Made by a program: the position numbers and the translations under genes. A DNA stretch of 64,000 nt from Chromatiales bacterium (GTDB taxonomy: Bacteria > Pseudomonadota > Gammaproteobacteria > RBG-16-57-12). The stretch is taken from positions 784-64,783 of the forward strand of contig JALSJH010000059.1 of the NCBI GenBank assembly GCA_026989455.1. The letters run 5' to 3'. Under the pieces are notes generated by a model. That model worked only from the letters and a program-made list of their open reading frames with translations. It was not told the origin of the DNA and made no database searches. This document shows, piece after piece, positions 9,050 through 17,734 of the stretch (positions are counted from its first letter, which is position 1; every line of letters starts with the position of its first letter).

Positions 9050-10810
9050 ATGAAAAAACTAATCGATAAATTTGATACGCCGATCCATCACGAGCAGATA
9101 CGCGCCCTGTATCAGCAGTCACCCTTTGTGCTCTTCAGTGTGTTGGCAGTAACTTTCATCGTTGCCATCTTTTTTTGGGAGCAGGTTGATCACCAGCTGC
9201 TGATCTCCTGGGTGGTGGTCAATTTGTCACTCACTTTTGCTAGGGTAGTGCTGGTTAAATCTTTTCAACGTGTTAACCCACAGGGGTCCACGCTGGTGAA
9301 GTGGGGGTTGCTGTTCTCATTTTCATCGCTGCTTTCCGGGGTTATCTGGGGGCAGATCGCGGTTCTGTTTATGGATACGGGGGATTTGATCAATACCCTG
9401 TTTTCGGTGCTGGTAATTATTGGCATGGCATCGGGAAGCCAGGTTTCACTCTCCACTTTCTTGCCAGCCTACTTTGGTTTTGGTGTGCCAACGCTGCTGC
9501 CACTGGCGGTTGTTTTATTCAATCAGCCTGAAAACACCTTTGTATTGATTGGTTATATGGCGATGGTGTTCATCATCGCCAGTCTGGCCTTCTCGCTCAT
9601 TATGAATCGCAATGTTTCGGAGTCGATACGGCTGCGATTCGAAAATCTGGATCTGCTGGAGAGCCTTGAACTGCAAAAAGATATTGCTGAAAAAGCCAAT
9701 ACAGATAAATCACGGTTCCTTGCGGCGACCAGCCATGACCTACGCCAACCGCTGCACGCCATGGACCTTTACCTGGGTGCCTTAAAAAATATACTGAGTG
9801 AACAGGAGCAGGTTGAGCTGTTAAATAAGGGGCTGCAATCCAGTGCCGCGCTGGGTGAACTATTGGCGGCGTTGATGGATGTATCACGTCTGGATGCGGG
9901 GGATGTGGTGGTTGATTTCAGCGTGGTTAACCTCGATAGCTTGTTGCAGACTATCTGTGATGAGTATCAGGAGAAGGCGAGTTGCCAGAAGATGGTGCTT
10001 GAGTTTAAGCCATCGAAGTTGCTAGTGGAGAGTGACGAGTTAATGTTGGGGCGGATGCTGCGTAATTTGGTTAATAATGCGTGTACCCATAGCGCCGGAA
10101 CTCATATTTTACTTAAGGCTGAAAAGAGTGGAGAGCGAGTATGTCTTACGGTATTTGATAATGGTAAAGGTATCCCTAAGTCGCAACAGCAACAGGTGTT
10201 TTCCGAGTTTTATCAGTTGAATAATCCTGAGCGTGACAGAAATAAAGGGCTGGGTCTAGGGTTGGCTATTGTTAAGCGCCTTGCCACTCTTTTGCACCAT
10301 GATCTGCAGCTGGAGAGTGCGGCAGGAGAGGGCTGCTCTTTTAAGTTGTGTTTGCCCTTTATCGGGGTGGCTGATAACGCGGTGATCGATGCGGTGGATA
10401 CCACTAGCCTGGATGTCTCTGGGCTGTTTGTCATTCTTGTTGATGATGAAGCGGATATCAGAAATGCCATGCGCACCTTGTTGTTGCAATGGGGGTGTGA
10501 GTTGCTGGTGGCGGACAGTTTGCAATCATTGCAGCGGGAGCTGGCCGAAATTAACTATCCACAGCCCGATGTGTTGCTGTGTGACTATCGTCTGCGGGAG
10601 AATAAAAATGGTTTGGAGGTGGTTGTCGCCATGCGGCAATATTTTAATGAAGAACTTCCGGCGGTTATTATCAGTGGCGATACTGACAAAGCGATAGAGG
10701 CGGAGGCCCTGGAGCAGGGGTGTGATGTTTTACACAAGCCGATCCGCCCCGAGCTATTGCGTACAGCGATTTATAACCTTGCTAGGAAGTCTCTGATTAA
10801 GCCAGCATAA
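9050..10810 (+). CDS. Hybrid sensor histidine kinase (6-TM N-terminal sensor, HisKA, HATPase, C-terminal receiver)
   Basis: Six predicted TM helices. H-box ATSHDLRQPLHAM, N/G boxes (LVNNACTHS, DNGKGIP, GLGLGLAIV). C-terminal REC domain (ILVDDE ... LCDYRL). The track ORF begins at 8864, but the likely start is the ATG at 9050 (MKKLIDKF), so the start is approximate. Confidence 0.75.
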   Translation: MKKLIDKFDTPIHHEQIRALYQQSPFVLFSVLAVTFIVAIFFWEQVDHQLLISWVVVNLSLTFARVVLVKSFQRVNPQGSTLVKWGLLFSFSSLLSGVIWGQIAVLFMDTGDLINTLFSVLVIIGMASGSQVSLSTFLPAYFGFGVPTLLPLAVVLFNQPENTFVLIGYMAMVFIIASLAFSLIMNRNVSESIRLRFENLDLLESLELQKDIAEKANTDKSRFLAATSHDLRQPLHAMDLYLGALKNILSEQEQVELLNKGLQSSAALGELLAALMDVSRLDAGDVVVDFSVVNLDSLLQTICDEYQEKASCQKMVLEFKPSKLLVESDELMLGRMLRNLVNNACTHSAGTHILLKAEKSGERVCLTVFDNGKGIPKSQQQQVFSEFYQLNNPERDRNKGLGLGLAIVKRLATLLHHDLQLESAAGEGCSFKLCLPFIGVADNAVIDAVDTTSLDVSGLFVILVDDEADIRNAMRTLLLQWGCELLVADSLQSLQRELAEINYPQPDVLLCDYRLRENKNGLEVVVAMRQYFNEELPAVIISGDTDKAIEAEALEQGCDVLHKPIRPELLRTAIYNLARKSLIKPA

Positions 10811-10842
10811 AGTATTCATGAGCTGTTCAGAGCTTCCCTAGA

Positions 10843-11442
10843 TTATGAAGGACTGATACCTAAAAGTTCACGCGCTTTCAAGCCGGCCTGCATGCGATTA
10901 TCTACCTTCAGCAAGCGCAGCAGTACCGTGATGTACTGCTTGATAGTACCTTCCGATAGATACATCTTTTCTGCAATGTCCTTGTTGCTTAGCCCTTCGG
11001 CAAGATGAGCGAGAATCTGCTTCTGTTTATCTGAAAGGTCAACGGTGTTGGCTTTATCCAGATTAATAGGCAGATAACGTACACCCAATAAAACCTGCTT
11101 CACCGCCAGTAAAATGGTATCCCCTGAGGATGATTTTGTGACATAACCGGCAGCACCTGCATCAATACAACTGCGAATGGTCTGGCTATTTTCATCGGCA
11201 GAAACAATCAGCAGGGGGGGGCTTTTTAGTTGTGAGCAGAGCTGTTTGATGCTGACCGCGCCTTGCATTCCCGGCATCCCTAAATCCATCATCAATAGAC
11301 CGTAATCCGCGTGATGCAGGCGCTCTCTGACGCTATCCAGCGTATCAGCAAAATCAATAACCAGATCTTCATCGAGTTGTTTCAACCAGACCGCCATGCT
11401 GTCGCGGAACAGACCATGGTCATCGGCAAGTAATAGATGCAA
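10843..11442 (-). CDS. Response regulator, NarL/FixJ (LuxR-HTH) family
   Basis: N-terminal REC domain (LLLADDHGLFRD ... LLMMDLGMPG) and C-terminal LuxR HTH (LSDKQKQILAHLAEGLSNKDIAEKMYLSEGTIKQYITVLLRKL). Confidence 0.85.
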   Translation of the reverse strand: MHLLLADDHGLFRDSMAVWLKQLDEDLVIDFADTLDSVRERLHHADYGLLMMDLGMPGMQGAVSIKQLCSQLKSPPLLIVSADENSQTIRSCIDAGAAGYVTKSSSGDTILLAVKQVLLGVRYLPINLDKANTVDLSDKQKQILAHLAEGLSNKDIAEKMYLSEGTIKQYITVLLRLLKVDNRMQAGLKARELLGISPS

Positions 11443-11502
11443 AACGGAGCCGCCTCTGAGATAGAAAAAGAGTGGAAGACCCTATCCTATTTTTTGTCGT
11501 AA

Positions 11503-11540
11503 TACTAACCAAAGTTAGTCTGAATTACTAACCAAAGTTA
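11503..11540. promoter_or_regulatory. Direct repeat pair TACTAACCAAAGTTA (2 copies, 23 bp centre-to-centre) in the divergent promoter region
   Basis: Exact 15-bp direct repeats at 11503-11517 and 11526-11540, between the LuxR regulator start (11442) and the lipoprotein start (11601). Candidate operator for the adjacent regulator. Confidence 0.35.
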
Positions 11541-11600
11541 ATATTGGGTGGGGGCTGTTTAGGTGATAATGAGCACACTAACATATCAGCATTAAAAAGG

Positions 11601-14453
11601 ATGTTACACATGTATAACCCGCGAAAAGGTACCTTGTTTTACCCGTTTTTAATCGCTGCGCTACTGCTCTCCATAACCCTGCTTAGTGGCTGTGGTGGGG
11701 GTGAAGAGAGTGTTGCTGAGGGTGCGCCGGAGACGTTGCAGGAGGAGGCCATCATCGCAACATCCAAGATTTCTGGTTATGTTCTGGTAGCGAGTCTCCC
11801 GGTCAATGACACAACAGTGCAATACACATACCAGGCTTCTTTTGATAATGGTGACTTTCCAGCAAGCCAGGTGACGGCTCGCATTACCGAAACTCCGGAT
11901 GGCATCATCCTCATTGATGGTACCTTGAGCTTCAGTAATGTGGAAGCCAGTGGTCGCCAAGTGAGTAACAAGCACTTTGTTATTCAACGTGATCTTAGTA
12001 AGCCATTTCATGTTAATGACCTGATTTGGGCTATTGAGGCTCAGCGTGAAGCCAGCCTAAGTTTTGATGCTGAACAGTATGAGCTGCGGATGGGGGTTGG
12101 CGAGACCCGCGATGTCAGTTACCAGCTATTGGCGTTCAATCCGGATACGGTGGCTACTGGGCTGAGTTTGCGGGAAGAGGTTGATGCGGCTGTGCAGCTG
12201 AGCAGCCGTAATAGCGGCGTAATTAGTTTGACCCCAGGTAGTAGTCGTTTTCGGCTTAGCCAGAGCATCACCTCCCTGACTACCGGTCGTTTTGAATTGA
12301 CCCTTACCGCTACTTTGCCAAGTACTGGCTTGGAGCAGAGCGTGCGCATCAATATTATTGTTGAAGCCGATTTGGATGGCGATGGTGTGCCTGATGAGAT
12401 TGATCTGTGTGCCTTTAGTATCTTGGGTGACTCCGTCGATAACAGTGGTTGTGCGGCAACCGATGTGGTTGATAGCAGCGCCTTTCGTGACTTGCAGATA
12501 GGTGAGACCACCTTTCGTGTGCAAGAGAATAATCTCGAAGAGCAATACTCAAACGGCATACTCACCGGGTTGCAGGCCAGTGGCTCACTCTTACTACTGA
12601 CCCCTCTCGGTGATATTGTATTGAAAGAGGCTGAGCTTGTTTTTGAGTATGGTACATCCGGGATGGGTGGTATCGAGCGTCTACGGGGTACTGCACAAGT
12701 CCCCTTTCCTGATGTGGGTATGCTGGCTGATGCAGAGGTTGGTACACCGGTGATAGCGGATGTGGGCCTCGATTATGGCCGTAACTTGTCTGATCTTGAA
12801 GCACCGTTGGTAGATGATCGCCAATATCTGTTTTTCAACTTTAGTGCTGGCTTTGAGGCGAGTGTTGGCCCTATCAGTTTCGAAGCGCCGGGTGGCAAGG
12901 CGATTACCTTTGTTCTCGATCCGCTGGACCCCTTCTTTTTCTTCACCGGCGACCTGCCAGGGCTGTCTGATATCGGAGTAGAAGATCTTGGTATTGCCAT
13001 GTCACTGCGGGGGCTGATTCCCTTCACACCTGATACGACTTGGGGTATCGGTGATGATATCGGTAATTTTGATGCCAACCTCTATCTGCAAGGTGTCATT
13101 CCCTTTGCTCGTTGGCCGTTAAATCTTGATGGTTCGCTGGTGGTTGATGTGGATGCCAATGACGATGGGCAGACGCTGTTTAACAGCTTTACGCCAGATG
13201 TAGAGTATGGGGGCAATGGTACGCTCAATGTGGGTGTCGATTTCCTTAAGTTTTTCGGTTTTAGTTTCGAATTGGGCAGTGCCAGTCTGGGTATTAAAAT
13301 GACCAATGGTGAGCAGAATGCCTATTTTAGCGGCATGCTTGATCCCGACACCGATTTTTTGCCGCAAGAGTTGGTGCCAATTCGCCCCAGTGCCACGGTT
13401 AACATGGCGGGCCTTATCAGTGACGATATCGCCAAATCATTTTTACGTGGTGAGGGTGAGTTTAATCTCGATGCTTCAACACTAGGGCGCTTGGTGGGCA
13501 TCAATCTTAATAACCTCAGTACGACAAGCGCAACATTCAGCGCTGACCGTGATGGTATAAACCTGACGGGCTATACACGCACCAGCATCTACCCTGATGT
13601 GGGTTTTGATGGGGATGCTCGGCTCAATGCCAATTTTACGGGGTCATTGACTAGCTGGAGTATCGATCTCAGCGGTGAGATGTCAATTGCCAATACCCCA
13701 ATCAGTGAAGGTCGGCTAGAGGTCAGTACAGCGGGCATGTTGGTGAGTGGTGAGTTTGTCACACCGTTGACCCGCATCGGGATGAACGGGCAGATTGATG
13801 CCAGTGGCATTGAAATGCGCGGTAATACAGGCATTACTATTCCGATCAGCGTGGTGGAGAGCGTGGTTGAGTGGGTGGTAGATGCCGCTATCTGCGGTAC
13901 TGAACGGGTGACTGATGCCGCACGGTGCGGCTTGGATTCAGTGACCAGCAGTGCAATTTGTGGCTACCAGGCCGTGACCAGCGCGGCTCAATGTGGTACC
14001 CGCACCGTGACCAGTGCGGTTCACTGTGGTACGAGCACCATTACCAGTGCCGCCAGATGTGGAACCAATTGGGTGACCGACATCGCAACGTGTGGCTGGA
14101 GTGTCATTACTGGGCAAGGGGGTTGCAGTGTTGCTAGGTCTTGCAGTGTTGCCAATAGCTGTAGTATCGCTAACACCTGTGATATTGCGAATACCTGCTC
14201 GATACCCGCAAGCTGTGATATTCCCCGTGGTTGTAACAACAGCACCAATGTCACGCTTCCAAAGGGTGAATTCCGTGGTGACATCGAACTGTTATTGGGT
14301 AATCAGGGTATCGGTGGTGAAGTGAGTGGTGACTACTGCTTTGCGGGTGACTGCACCACCCTTACTGGGGGACGAGTCAAGGCCGGTAGTAGTGGTCTGG
14401 AGGCATGTATAACCATCCCTGCGGGTATTGGTGAGGTGTGCGCGCCTATCTAA
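11601..14453 (+). CDS. Large lipoprotein with C-terminal Cys-Gly tandem repeat module
   Basis: Likely start at 11601 (MLHMYNPRKG, AAGGA RBS); the track ORF starts at 11544. Lipobox LLSGC. One TSP3-like Ca loop (DLDGDGVPDEID). The C-terminus has 7 x 11-aa repeats (AxCGxxxVTSA) followed by 6 x 6-aa repeats ([ST]C[SD][IV][AP][NR]). No recognisable enzymatic motif. Confidence 0.7.
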   Translation: MLHMYNPRKGTLFYPFLIAALLLSITLLSGCGGGEESVAEGAPETLQEEAIIATSKISGYVLVASLPVNDTTVQYTYQASFDNGDFPASQVTARITETPDGIILIDGTLSFSNVEASGRQVSNKHFVIQRDLSKPFHVNDLIWAIEAQREASLSFDAEQYELRMGVGETRDVSYQLLAFNPDTVATGLSLREEVDAAVQLSSRNSGVISLTPGSSRFRLSQSITSLTTGRFELTLTATLPSTGLEQSVRINIIVEADLDGDGVPDEIDLCAFSILGDSVDNSGCAATDVVDSSAFRDLQIGETTFRVQENNLEEQYSNGILTGLQASGSLLLLTPLGDIVLKEAELVFEYGTSGMGGIERLRGTAQVPFPDVGMLADAEVGTPVIADVGLDYGRNLSDLEAPLVDDRQYLFFNFSAGFEASVGPISFEAPGGKAITFVLDPLDPFFFFTGDLPGLSDIGVEDLGIAMSLRGLIPFTPDTTWGIGDDIGNFDANLYLQGVIPFARWPLNLDGSLVVDVDANDDGQTLFNSFTPDVEYGGNGTLNVGVDFLKFFGFSFELGSASLGIKMTNGEQNAYFSGMLDPDTDFLPQELVPIRPSATVNMAGLISDDIAKSFLRGEGEFNLDASTLGRLVGINLNNLSTTSATFSADRDGINLTGYTRTSIYPDVGFDGDARLNANFTGSLTSWSIDLSGEMSIANTPISEGRLEVSTAGMLVSGEFVTPLTRIGMNGQIDASGIEMRGNTGITIPISVVESVVEWVVDAAICGTERVTDAARCGLDSVTSSAICGYQAVTSAAQCGTRTVTSAVHCGTSTITSAARCGTNWVTDIATCGWSVITGQGGCSVARSCSVANSCSIANTCDIANTCSIPASCDIPRGCNNSTNVTLPKGEFRGDIELLLGNQGIGGEVSGDYCFAGDCTTLTGGRVKAGSSGLEACITIPAGIGEVCAPI
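13880..14240 (+). repeat. Coding tandem repeats (33-bp then 18-bp units) encoding Cys-containing peptide repeats
   Basis: Periodic protein sequence ICGTERVTDAA / RCGLDSVTSSA / ICGYQAVTSAA / QCGTRTVTSAV / HCGTSTITSAA / RCGTNWVTDIA / TCGWSVITGQG, then SCSVAN / SCSIAN / TCDIAN / TCSIPA / SCDIPR. Confidence 0.7.
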
Positions 14454-14567
14454 ATCAAACCATAGCAAGGGTGCCGCACTTTTCGTTTGAAAAAAGGCAC
14501 CTTTGAACCACAGGATGATTAGCCTAATCCCCCGGTAGCGGCCTGTATGCTGCCGGGGGGTTAGGCT

Positions 14568-15644
14568 TTATGGGATATGCCGGTGCTGTGCCAATGCCCA
14601 GGCAACGTGCTCTCTGATCAGTTCATTTTTATCATGCGCTCTCTCTTGTAGTGCCTTGATGACGCGCTCACTTCCTTGTGCGTTTCCTAGCGCCACCGCA
14701 ATGTTGCGTATCCAGCTAGTGTGACCAATACGACGAATCGGTGAGCCTGCCATGTTGTCGAGGAAGGTTGCTTCACTCCATAAAAATAATTCGGCCAGTT
14801 GCGGCTCTGCCAGTCCATGGCGTGGCAGGAAGTCCTGTTCACGGCTATAGCGGGCGAAGCGGTTCCACGGGCAGGCGAGTTGGCAATCATCACAGCCATA
14901 TATTCTGTTACCCATCGCCTTGCGGAATTCGATGGGGATCGATCCTCGCAGTTCAATAGTGAGGTAAGAGATGCAGCGTCGACCATCCACTTGGTAGGGG
15001 GCGACAATGGCTTGGGTAGGGCAGAGGTCGATACAGGCCGTGCAGCGCCCACAATGATTAGTCGTCGTGTTTTGTGCATCTATGGGAAGCGGTAGATCGG
15101 TGTAAAGCTCACCCAGAAAAAACCAAGAGCCAGCTTGTCGGTTGATTAGATTGCTGTGTTTGCCAATCCAGCCAAGCCCCGCTTTTTCGGCCAACGCCTT
15201 TTCCAATACCGGCGCACTATCCACAAAGGCGCGATAGCCAAATTCACCCACCTGCTGTTGGATGAAATCGGCCAGCTGTTGCAGCCGTTTACGCACTACT
15301 TTGTGGTAATCCCGCCCGAGGGCGTAGCGTGAGATGTAGCCTTTGCTTGATTGTTGTAATAGCTTGCCCGCAACCACGCCATCGGGTGGCAGGTAGTCCA
15401 TGCGCACCGAGATAATGCGCAGTGTGCCCGGCGCTAGCTCGGCGGGGCGGCTACGCTTGTTGCCGTGGCGCGCCATATATTCCATCTCACCGTGATAGCC
15501 CTTTTTTAGCCAGCGATTCAAGTGCTGCTCGGCATCCTCCAGCTGACAGTCGGCGACACCTAACTGCTGAAAGCCGAGTTGGCGCGATTTTTCTCTAATT
15601 TTTGCCAGCAGTGCTTGATTATCATTATGTTTTTTTTCGGGCAT
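14568..15644 (-). CDS. queG: Epoxyqueuosine reductase
   Basis: Two 4Fe-4S ferredoxin motifs (CGRCTACIDLCP, CDDCQLACPW) plus a C-terminal HEAT-like tail. Divergent from nnr as in E. coli (yjeS/yjeF). Confidence 0.85.
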   Translation of the reverse strand: MPEKKHNDNQALLAKIREKSRQLGFQQLGVADCQLEDAEQHLNRWLKKGYHGEMEYMARHGNKRSRPAELAPGTLRIISVRMDYLPPDGVVAGKLLQQSSKGYISRYALGRDYHKVVRKRLQQLADFIQQQVGEFGYRAFVDSAPVLEKALAEKAGLGWIGKHSNLINRQAGSWFFLGELYTDLPLPIDAQNTTTNHCGRCTACIDLCPTQAIVAPYQVDGRRCISYLTIELRGSIPIEFRKAMGNRIYGCDDCQLACPWNRFARYSREQDFLPRHGLAEPQLAELFLWSEATFLDNMAGSPIRRIGHTSWIRNIAVALGNAQGSERVIKALQERAHDKNELIREHVAWALAQHRHIP

Positions 15645-15662
15645 AGTGGTTATGATAGCGCT

Positions 15663-17147
15663 ATGAGCTCACTTCCTCACACACTTTATTCTGCACAGCA
15701 GACCCGGGTACTGGATGCTATGGCAATTGAGCGTGGTACTCCCGGTATTGAGCTGATGGAGCGCGCCGGAGCAGCGGCGTTTAAGCTGCTTAAGGCGTGC
15801 TGGCCTAATGCACAAAAAATTGCGGTGGTTTGTGGTGGTGGCAATAATGGTGGTGATGGTTTTGTAGTGGCACGTCTAGCGCAGCAGGCCGGGGGTTCGG
15901 TAACGCTTTTTTTACTGCAAAATCCAAAGCGACTGAAGGGTGAGGCGGCTGAGGCGTTCGAGAAGCTTAAGCAGGCATCCGTTACACAGGTATACGGCCT
16001 GCCAGAAGGGCTTGAAGGTTTTGATCTGGTGGTTGACGCACTGCTGGGTAGCGGCTTGACAGCAGCGGTGCGCGGTGAAGTTGTCGATGCCATTGAGCGG
16101 ATAAATCAGGCGGCAAGGCCGGTTTTATCGCTGGATCTCCCCTCCGGATTAAATGCCGATAGCGGCCAGGTGATGGGGTGTGGGGTCAAGGCTTCGGCAA
16201 CAATCAGCTTCATCGGCTTGAAGCGCGGCCTGTTGACGGGCATGGGGCCAGGGTTTAGTGGTGAACTCTACTTCTCTGATCTGGCTCTTCCCGAGGCTCT
16301 ATTTTCACAGCTAAGCGGTACGGTCGAGCGGGTCGATTACGCCTCTCTAAAGCATCTAATTAAACCTAGGCCAGCTTATGCCCACAAGGGCGTGTGTGGG
16401 CATCTGCTATTGGTGGGGGGTGATCAAGGAATGAGCGGTGCGATTCGTCTGGCGGGTGAGGCGGCATTGCGTAGTGGCAGTGGCTTGGTCTCTATTGCGA
16501 CCCGCAAAGTGCATGCATCGCTGATTACGGCACAGCGCCCTGAGTTAATGAGTCATGGGGTTGAAAATGAAGCAGATCTGTTGCCACTCTTCGCCCGCGC
16601 GGGAGTGATCGCTTGTGGCCCTGGCCTAGGTGTGGATAGTTGGGGGCGGCGAATGTTGGCGCAGGTTTTGGTGCAACCCCAGCCGTTGGTGTTGGATGCA
16701 GATGCTCTCAACCTATTGGCTAAAAGCCCGTACAGGCGAGATAACTGGCTGCTCACCCCCCACCCTGCTGAAGCGGCACGGCTGCTTGCTATCTCAACTG
16801 CTGAGGTAAATACGGATCGTTTTGCTGCCGTTGCCGCACTACAGCAACGCTATGGTGGTTATGTGCTGCTTAAAGGGGCGGGTACGCTGATGTGTGACCC
16901 TTCGGGTGAAATAAAGCTGTGTAGTGATGGCAATCCCGGTATGGCCAGTGGAGGCATGGGGGACTTGTTAGGCGGGTTGTTAGCGGCGCTGATCGCACAG
17001 GGCATGACGCTGGCTCAGGCGCTTCCTTTAGGGGTTGCAATTCATGCTGCCGCGGGTGATGGTGCGGCGGGTCAGACACCGCGTGGATTATTGGCCAGTG
17101 ATCTGCTTCCCCACCTTCGCCAATTGGTTAACCCCTACAATGAATGA
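15663..17147 (+). CDS. nnr: Bifunctional NAD(P)H-hydrate repair enzyme (epimerase/dehydratase)
   Basis: YjeF N-terminal domain ([12 protein letters not shown]) and C-terminal carbohydrate-kinase-like domain (GPGLG, GDLLGG). The track ORF starts at 15579, but the likely start is the ATG at 15663. Confidence 0.85.
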   Translation: MSSLPHTLYSAQQTRVLDAMAIERGTPGIELMERAGAAAFKLLKACWPNAQKIAVVCGGGNNGGDGFVVARLAQQAGGSVTLFLLQNPKRLKGEAAEAFEKLKQASVTQVYGLPEGLEGFDLVVDALLGSGLTAAVRGEVVDAIERINQAARPVLSLDLPSGLNADSGQVMGCGVKASATISFIGLKRGLLTGMGPGFSGELYFSDLALPEALFSQLSGTVERVDYASLKHLIKPRPAYAHKGVCGHLLLVGGDQGMSGAIRLAGEAALRSGSGLVSIATRKVHASLITAQRPELMSHGVENEADLLPLFARAGVIACGPGLGVDSWGRRMLAQVLVQPQPLVLDADALNLLAKSPYRRDNWLLTPHPAEAARLLAISTAEVNTDRFAAVAALQQRYGGYVLLKGAGTLMCDPSGEIKLCSDGNPGMASGGMGDLLGGLLAALIAQGMTLAQALPLGVAIHAAAGDGAAGQTPRGLLASDLLPHLRQLVNPYNE

Positions 17148-17601
17148 GAAAAATATTTTTCTGGCAGATGAGAAAGCGACCCTTAACTTAGGGAGTGAGC
17201 TGTCAGCTGTCTGTGCTTCGGGTGCGATTATTTACCTGCACGGTGATCTGGGGGCAGGTAAAACGACACTGGTTCGTGGTATTTTGCAGGCGTTGGGTCA
17301 CTCGGGGCCGGTGAAAAGTCCTACCTACACGCTGGTTGAACCCTATGAGCTGGCGGGGCAGCCAATCTATCATTTTGATCTCTATCGATTGGCAGACCCC
17401 GAAGAGTTGGAGTATATGGGGATTCGCGACTATTTTTCAGACTGTGGTGAGCTTTGTCTGGTGGAGTGGCCAGCGTGTGGTCAGGGTATTTTGCCCGCTG
17501 CTGACCTAGATATTTACCTCGATTATCAGCTTCCCGCACGTAGTGCTAGGCTGTTGGCGCGGAGCGAAAAGGGACGGGCGATTCTTGATCGGCTGGGTTG
17601 A
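17140..17601 (+). CDS. tsaE: tRNA threonylcarbamoyladenosine biosynthesis protein TsaE
   Basis: P-loop [13 protein letters not shown], 153 aa. The ATG at 17140 overlaps the nnr stop by 8 nt. The track ORF's 5' extension (17035-17139) is read-through. Confidence 0.85.
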   Translation: MNEKNIFLADEKATLNLGSELSAVCASGAIIYLHGDLGAGKTTLVRGILQALGHSGPVKSPTYTLVEPYELAGQPIYHFDLYRLADPEELEYMGIRDYFSDCGELCLVEWPACGQGILPAADLDIYLDYQLPARSARLLARSEKGRAILDRLG

Positions 17602-17734
17602 AAGTGGGTGTTTTTAGTGGTTGCTTAATGGTGTTTGAGAGCTTTCTTTTTTAACTTGCTGATTTTTAATGAATTTAAAATCTTGAAAAGTTGTCGATCT
17701 CGGTTCAGAATTTAGAGTGATTAACTCTTTCTGA

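Noticed and set aside
12119-12565. Two overlapping 139-148-aa ORFs antisense to the large lipoprotein gene
   Set aside because: They are nested antisense to a strongly supported CDS with a lipobox and conserved repeats. Their translations are low-complexity (Ser/Thr/Leu-rich).
15686-16093. 135-aa ORF antisense within nnr
   Set aside because: The Ala/Ser/Pro/Thr-rich translation is typical of an antisense frame in a GC-rich gene. nnr has clear YjeF motifs on the plus strand.
17035-17139. 5' extensions of the track ORFs for tsaE (17035), rpsF (47768), nnr (15579) and fliC (59639)
   Set aside because: Each has an internal ATG or GTG with a good RBS that matches the conserved N-terminus of the protein family. 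The upstream extensions overlap the preceding gene or promoter region.
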